This document shows, piece after piece, positions 57,890 to 64,000 of a DNA stretch of 64,000 nucleotides. The first letter of the stretch is position 1; every line of letters starts with the position of its first letter. The notes under the pieces were generated by a model, which was not told the origin of the DNA, ran no database searches, and worked only from the letters and a program-made list of their open reading frames with translations. The stretch covers positions 40,858,001 through 40,922,000 of the forward strand of contig OX597819.1 in NCBI GenBank assembly GCA_951406725.2. Reading direction: 5' to 3'. The position numbers were made by a program, and so were the translations under genes. The DNA is from Octopus vulgaris (taxonomy: Eukaryota).

Positions 57890-58138
57890 AAGGATGATTA
57901 AGGATATGAAAGCAGAAGCAATTGGACTATCAAAGATAGTCACTAAGATGCTGAAAATGTTTGCTGAAGCAGTCAATGAGCTAGTAACCCACACAATCAA
58001 ATGTATAGTACCAGGAGATATCAACCTCAATGATTGGCAAAATAATATCATTAAATACTACTATGGCAAAGGAGACGCTTCAAAAACAAGCAACTACCGA
58101 GGTATCAAACTGATGGGACAAGTTATGGAAAGTGGTGA
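57890..58138 (+). mobile_element. Decayed RTE RT fragment
   Basis: DWQNNIIKYYYGKGDASKTSNYRGIKLMGQVM parallels the element at 45.6 kb. Confidence 0.65.
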
Positions 58139-58144
58139 GATACA

Positions 58145-58702
58145 TTATATAATATATAAAATCCATTCTGTCTGTGTGTATGTGTCTTCTAGGATCTCGG
58201 GCATCCTCCATCCGATTGCACTAAAATTCGATATGTAGATACCAACGGTATCAGGGCATATATAAGTCTTGAAAAAATTACAAAAATCAATTTCAGGTGA
58301 GAATGCAATTGATAAAGCCATGGGAACATGCATTTATAGGTGCAAGTACATCAACTGTTGCGATTGATACGTGTACGCGAGAAAAATGCACGTACAGTTT
58401 GCGCAAAAAAAGCCGGCTAGCTTGAAATAATGCCACAAAATGCAGTATATTTAAGAGACCAAAAAAGTAAGATGCAAAAGAGATATTTTCTTCAAACTTG
58501 GCATGAAGGAAGGAAAGACTATTTGGTTTCTCAAGACGTTTTTTTTTTTGCCTTAACTTTGTTTAGCAAAACCAAACATTTTATTGAAATAAAGGCATGC
58601 TTAATTATTTTTTAATGGAAAGAAAACACTGATTGCTTTTTATTCAGCAGATATGATTCAGCATCGTCCATTGGACCGGGGGGGGGGGCGTTTTGCTTGT
58701 AT
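58145..58702 (+). mobile_element. Non-autonomous Helitron-like insertion
   Basis: 5' tatataatatataaaa..ctgtctgtgtg and a 3' small hairpin gtccattggac before a degenerate end. It follows directly on the RTE fragment. Confidence 0.4.
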
Positions 58703-61700
58703 AATATAACCAGCTGCTTTTTGCAAGTGAATATGGCTTGGTGACATGTACTATGCTTTGGCTAATTGTTTCAGATACCTACATTAGTTTGTAAGCAGAG
58801 ATGGGCACCCTTCATCTAGAGTAATATCTAGGATGTGATAGCTTGGTAATGAGAGGGCTACACCAGCATTTGGCTGGTATTCATTGAAGCCAAGAAGATT
58901 GGAGAAATGTGAAATGAAGTTCCTATGTGACCTCATCAATTAAGGGCCCTTGTTACTTCCAGGTCTGTCACATCATTTCCTCAAATAACCATTATTATTA
59001 ATTAGTTGATTAATCATCATTATTTAATGTCCGTTCTCCATGCTGGCATGGGTTGGATGGTTTGACAAGAGCTGGCCAACTGGAAGAGCTGCCCAGGCTC
59101 CAATTGTCTGTTGTGGCATGGTTTCGACAGCTGGATGCCCTTCCCAATACCAACCCCTCTACAGAGTATGCTGGATGCATCAAATATGGCACTGGCAGGG
59201 TACTTTTATGTGGTACCGGCACAGGTGCTTTTATGCAGCACCAGCATGGGCACTTTTACATGGTACTGGCACAGGTGCTTTTCTGTGGCATCAGCATGGA
59301 CACTTTTACATGGTACCAGCACTCACGAACCCATAAGACTAGGATCTCTTAGCTAAGAGAAGGATGTAGAGGACATGCCTGTATGCATGGACAGCTACAA
59401 GTTTAGCATGACATATCTTCTCAAGCACAGCAAAAGACCAGAAATCTCAGTCTCTTGTCATATCTCTTACCACTTTATCCTACGTTTTCCTGGGTCTACC
59501 CCTTTCATAATTTCCCTCCACAAGTAGAGATCAAAACTTCTTGATGCAGCTGTCTTCATCCATATGCATGTCAACAAAAGCCAAGTGCAGATGTTTATTT
59601 TTGGCCAAGTATTTCTCTTACAGTGGTCTCACTAGGAATATAGCATCAGTAGCGATTAATAAGTGAAATACAGCCGGTATGTGTGTGTGTGTGTGTTAGT
59701 GTTAATTGGCAAAATGATGTTCCCAAGATACAAAAGCAAAATATCTTAAAGTAAGCATTCTTTAAAAATCAAAACAAAACCAAATTAAACAGGCATGTTG
59801 TAGGTTATTTCCCACTTTAAAGGAACCAGAAAATATATTTTACAAGTAGAAATAACCTGTGTTTATTTTCTTTCACTCAATATTTCACAAATTATGCAAG
59901 CTGTTGAAACTCGATATTTCACAAAGAGTAGTTTTAAGGATTATTAATTATTTGTTTATTATACATCGCATCCATGGTAACAAGCCTTATTTATTTCGCG
60001 TCGTTGGTTACTTTTATTGTACTGATTCATTGCATTTACTACGGTGAGAGTTGTCTGAACAACACTGATTTATCTTAGTTTTATCGCCGATGTATGTTTT
60101 GTCGATACCCATGCATAATTAGTATACATACACACACATACACCACTCGGCGCGCTTTATCGTGAGGCTATCGTAGAAGACACTTATTCAAGGTGTCACA
60201 GGGAAGCATGTGGTTGCATAAAAAAACTTCAAGGTTATGCATAACATCTAATGCAGTTAACACTGAAAAGTTATGGTATAATATTATATAAAGTCAATTG
60301 CCCAATATTCTATTAATGATTTTAATGGTTGTGGCTGTTGTTTACCCACAGGTCGTCTTTGAGATAGAGATGACATATGACTAAAAACATGACAATCCAG
60401 TCTTCATTTTGAAGCTTATATATCGGATGAACTTCAGCATGTAATATGTCCTTCCTTCTTTTATTTTTTAAAGAAAATATGGTGTAATTTAAAGAATATT
60501 TACTTGCTAAAACTACCAGATCAAGCCATCAGGGGTCAGACTAAGAGAATTATTAGAGTGTTGGCCAAAATGGTCTGTGGTTTTTTATTTACAATTTACG
60601 ACCTGAGTTCAAATCTTGTTAAGGTCAACTTTGCTTTTCGTATCATTCCGAGTTGATAGAATAGAATACCAAACGAATACTGTGGTATATTCCTATAATA
60701 TATCGTAGATATAAATAGAATGATTATAGAAAACTACATAGAGGCGCCACAAATAGCTTGTCATTTTATTGGCTAATAGTAGCAGCATGATTACCAAGTT
60801 TGCATTCTTATGCCGATTTCTAAGAATTCCCCATTCAGCTCACTGAGTTACGTTACTTGAATCTAACTACAGTTGTTACTAAATTTTAAATTTTTATCAG
60901 TAATGTTTATAAATTTATAAATTTCGGTTCGCAAAAATTCCCAGAAATTTTCTGAAAATTCCCAGAAATAATAAAGTTATGAGGAGTTATATGGGGTGCT
61001 TAAACCAGAATTCCGCCAAGGGGTGATGAAATGAATGACCTCCGCAAGAAACTCTCAATTAATGTTCGTCTTAGCTAGAGAAAGGGGGAAAAAAATTAAC
61101 CTTATCCAGCCATGGAAGATCATCCGCCTAGTGATCATTTGAGTTGCTAGAAATAGTAGCAAAATCTGCCGCTCTTAAAAAGGATACATTCAACAATGCT
61201 GACTAGCATGAAAAATAAAATAGAAGAGGTGGGTATGGATGGAATGCCTTTGATCATAGATTCGAGGACCAGAGATGATATTGAGCTAAAGAACAAGAAT
61301 AAAGTAGATGAAAAAAATGAAAATAACCTTAATTGAGTGGGTAGTTGAATAGTGACAACGTGACACCAGTTGACGAGCTGACCTTTCAATATCGATCCTT
61401 TCATATGCTCATAACAAACCGATTACAACATTAAAACATCGAAATAGATGTTTAAAAAAAAATTACAAATTAATGTATTATATAAGAACTACAGAACTAA
61501 TTAATGACAGTTACTTAAGATGATGTAAGATTTTTTTCACCTAGATAAGACTTATCACCGGGATGAAAAAAAAAACACAGAAACAATATTATAACAAAAC
61601 CCACAACAAATTTACCTTAAAGGAGTTTACAAAGTCAAAGAGACTTCAGTTCTACGAGGTATTATATTAAAAAGGGAATTGAAGAAGCTATAACAGTGTT

Positions 61701-61784
61701 TATAAATAAATGAATTATAAAAACAAACAAAAATATCGAATCGAAATCTTAGAAGTGAGCTTAAGGTTAAGTGGTGCAACTTAC

Positions 61785-61923
61785 ATTGAGCAGGTGGCAT
61801 GCAAACAAACTTTCGAATGAAAGGATGTGCTTTCGCTTTGTTCTTTATGGCATTTGCCAAAGGTTTACTGATTTGTTTGACAGCCAAAGATGCAAGTTTA
61901 GCGATGGGGAATGCCGCCACCAT
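61785..61923 (-). CDS. OPA3: OPA3 (optic atrophy 3 homolog, mitochondrial) exon 1
   Basis: MVAAFPIAKLASLAVKQISKPLANAIK...FVCMPPAQ matches the OPA3 N-terminus. Donor T|GTAAG is phase 1, the same intron position as I recall for vertebrate OPA3. Confidence 0.95.
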
Positions 61924-62797
61924 AATTATAACCGGAGAGAACGACTCATTAAATTAACAGACACGGTTACTTAGGAAGGTTTCTACTCAATATTTTTCAA
62001 CTGGCGGATATCTTGTACTAAAGTCAAAATGAAACTAATTCGCACAAATTTGGTGTTTATTATAATTAATTTGATAAATTAAAAAGAAAATATGTGTATT
62101 TTGTAGCGTTAGTACCTACAGACGAATAAATACTTTTTTTTTTAACAATGAATGAATGTTTTGTATTGAGCCAATTTTAACTTTGTAAGTTATTTCCGTT
62201 ACTTTGCGAATGAATAACCAAATGTGCGTGAGTGCGCGCACGCTTTTATGCGAGGACTCGTTTATGGTAATATTCGTTCAATTTTTTTTTGTGGTGGTCG
62301 TGGTGGGCGCTTGGTGAATCATTACTTTCAAATCGATCTCACTTTTCTAGACTATTAACTCCATCTTTCTCACTGATTATAATAATATCTGATCTCATCT
62401 CAGTGTCTTATCTATGTATACACACACACACACGTCAACTCTAACATATCGAGGAACACTGTCTTACCTCCACTTCACTTCTAACGTACACACTACACAC
62501 CATCCTCCTACACTTCACTGTCCACACTACTACATTCTCAAACTTGCACATCTCCGCGCACCACCATCCCCGAAACTGCTTGCACCTCATATCATCACAC
62601 ACACACACACCACTTCTCCCGGTCCTCAACACTCAAATATTCACCTTTTTATGCACACTCCATCCCCCATCCCCTTTCCTCCGTAACTCACACCCACTAG
62701 GGAACTGCATTCGCACCGGACCTCTAACCCCCTTTTCCAAACACCTTTTTTTTCACTCGTTTTATTTTTCCATACCACCTCTGCTGATTCTTTTATT

Positions 62798-62835
62798 CTT
62801 TTCTGATGAATGACTAGCGTCCGAAACATCATGAT
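62798..62835 (+). ncRNA. Minimal hammerhead-like motif after a C/A-rich PLE-like tail (62400-62800)
   Basis: CTGATGA atgac tagc gtcc GAAAC atc. Confidence 0.45.
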
Positions 62836-63030
62836 ACCTTTCTTTTTAAGCGTTAAATTAATACAGTAAAAACCTGTATCTCTGTCACGTATTATTTTCC
62901 TTGCGTGTTCATTGTCTAATACACTTCAGTTCGCCCAATTCTAAAATCTCTCTAACTAGAGTGATAAGACAAATGAGTAAATATAATTTAAAAAAAAACT
63001 TGTGTAACAGGTTATGCTACTGTTAGATTG

Positions 63031-63458
63031 GGATCTTTTCGGTTTGAACGGCAGTTTTTTCTACCGGTGTCATACGAAATTGTCACCCATAAGTATGACC
63101 CTAGTATCGATCTATTGCATTTCAATCTATTTTAGGGTTAAGGTTAGTTAGGGTTAGGGGTGTGGGGAAGGGTATCTTTTTTTTCTTCACAAATGTAAAT
63201 AAACCCAATCTGTTTCTTAAACGAGGGACATATTCATACGGCACAGACTGTTTATAACCTCAATAGACGTAATTGATTGGTTGAAATTGCAGAAATTGAA
63301 GAAAAAAAACAACAAATATCTTACAAACTATAGAATTTTCTCAATAAAGCCAGGATAAAAAGATGTTTTATAAACACATTCTACCAGTATACGAAGTTTT
63401 AAAATTTTTAGTTACCTAGAAATTATGTTAAAAACTGCCGTTCAAACAGAAAAGATCC
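63031..63458 (+). mobile_element. Same MITE (copy 3)
   Basis: Both TIRs present; body near-identical to copy 2. Confidence 0.85.
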
Positions 63459-63509
63459 GAAAGTTATTTATTTTACTATGTGAATTCCACATAGGGTAGT
63501 AATAGATTG

Positions 63510-63923
63510 GGATCTTTTCGGTTTGAACGGCAGTTTTTTCTAGCGGTGTCATATGAAATTGTCACCCATAATTATGACCCTGGTTCGATCTATTACATTT
63601 CAATCTATTTTAGGGTTAGGGTTAGTTACGGTTAGGGTTAGGGGTGTGGGGAAGGGTATCTTTTTTTCTTCACAAATGTAAATAAACCCAATCTGTTTCT
63701 TAAACGAGGGACATATTCATACGGCACAGACTGTTTATAACCTCAATAGACGTAATTGATTGGTTGAAATTGCAGAAATTGAAGAAAAAAACAACAAATA
63801 TCTTACAAACTATAGAATTTTCTCAATAAAGCCAAGATAAAAAGATGTTTTATAAACACATTCTACCAGTATACGAAGTTTAAAAATTTTTAGTTACCTA
63901 GAAATTATGTTAAAAACTGCCGT
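63510..63923 (+). mobile_element. Same MITE (copy 4), right TIR truncated
   Basis: Shares private variants and the left flank TAGATTG with copy 3. Confidence 0.8.
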
Positions 63924-64000
63924 TTTTGACCTAAGAATGTTAACTTAAACAATGAAACAAATTAAGTGTGACAGGCGACCTCAAGAATTTCTCAGTGCCA

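Overview
AT-rich, microsatellite- and transposon-dense eukaryotic DNA. The SINE/MITE repertoire and (TA)n/(CA)n/(TATG)n load suggest an octopus-like cephalopod (inference). Two spliced host genes lie on the minus strand. (1) OPA3 has two exons (61923-61785, 54505-54135) and encodes 169 aa. (2) An unannotated gene that the ORF track largely misses spans about 25 kb. It has a TATA box, a signal-peptide exon (26333-26282), a probable 15-nt microexon (22680-22666), four phase-compatible exons (9514-9327, 4171-3971, 2366-2145, 1458-1270) and an AATAAA, and encodes a predicted secreted protein of about 283-288 aa. By eye its pattern resembles Cyt/volvatoxin-type pore-forming toxins and, from memory, a family of uncharacterised fungal proteins; neither has been tested. 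The rest is mobile DNA: mariner and intron-containing Tc1 relics, a TTAGGG-bearing GG-ended MITE (4 copies), a young non-autonomous tRNA-Trp-primed LTR element nested in a Penelope-like element, a Naiad-type Penelope element, RTE and Dong/R4 LINE relics, Helitron-like pieces and many SINEs. There are also several fold-back palindromes and hammerhead-ribozyme-like motifs. All calls are from manual reading; no searches were run.
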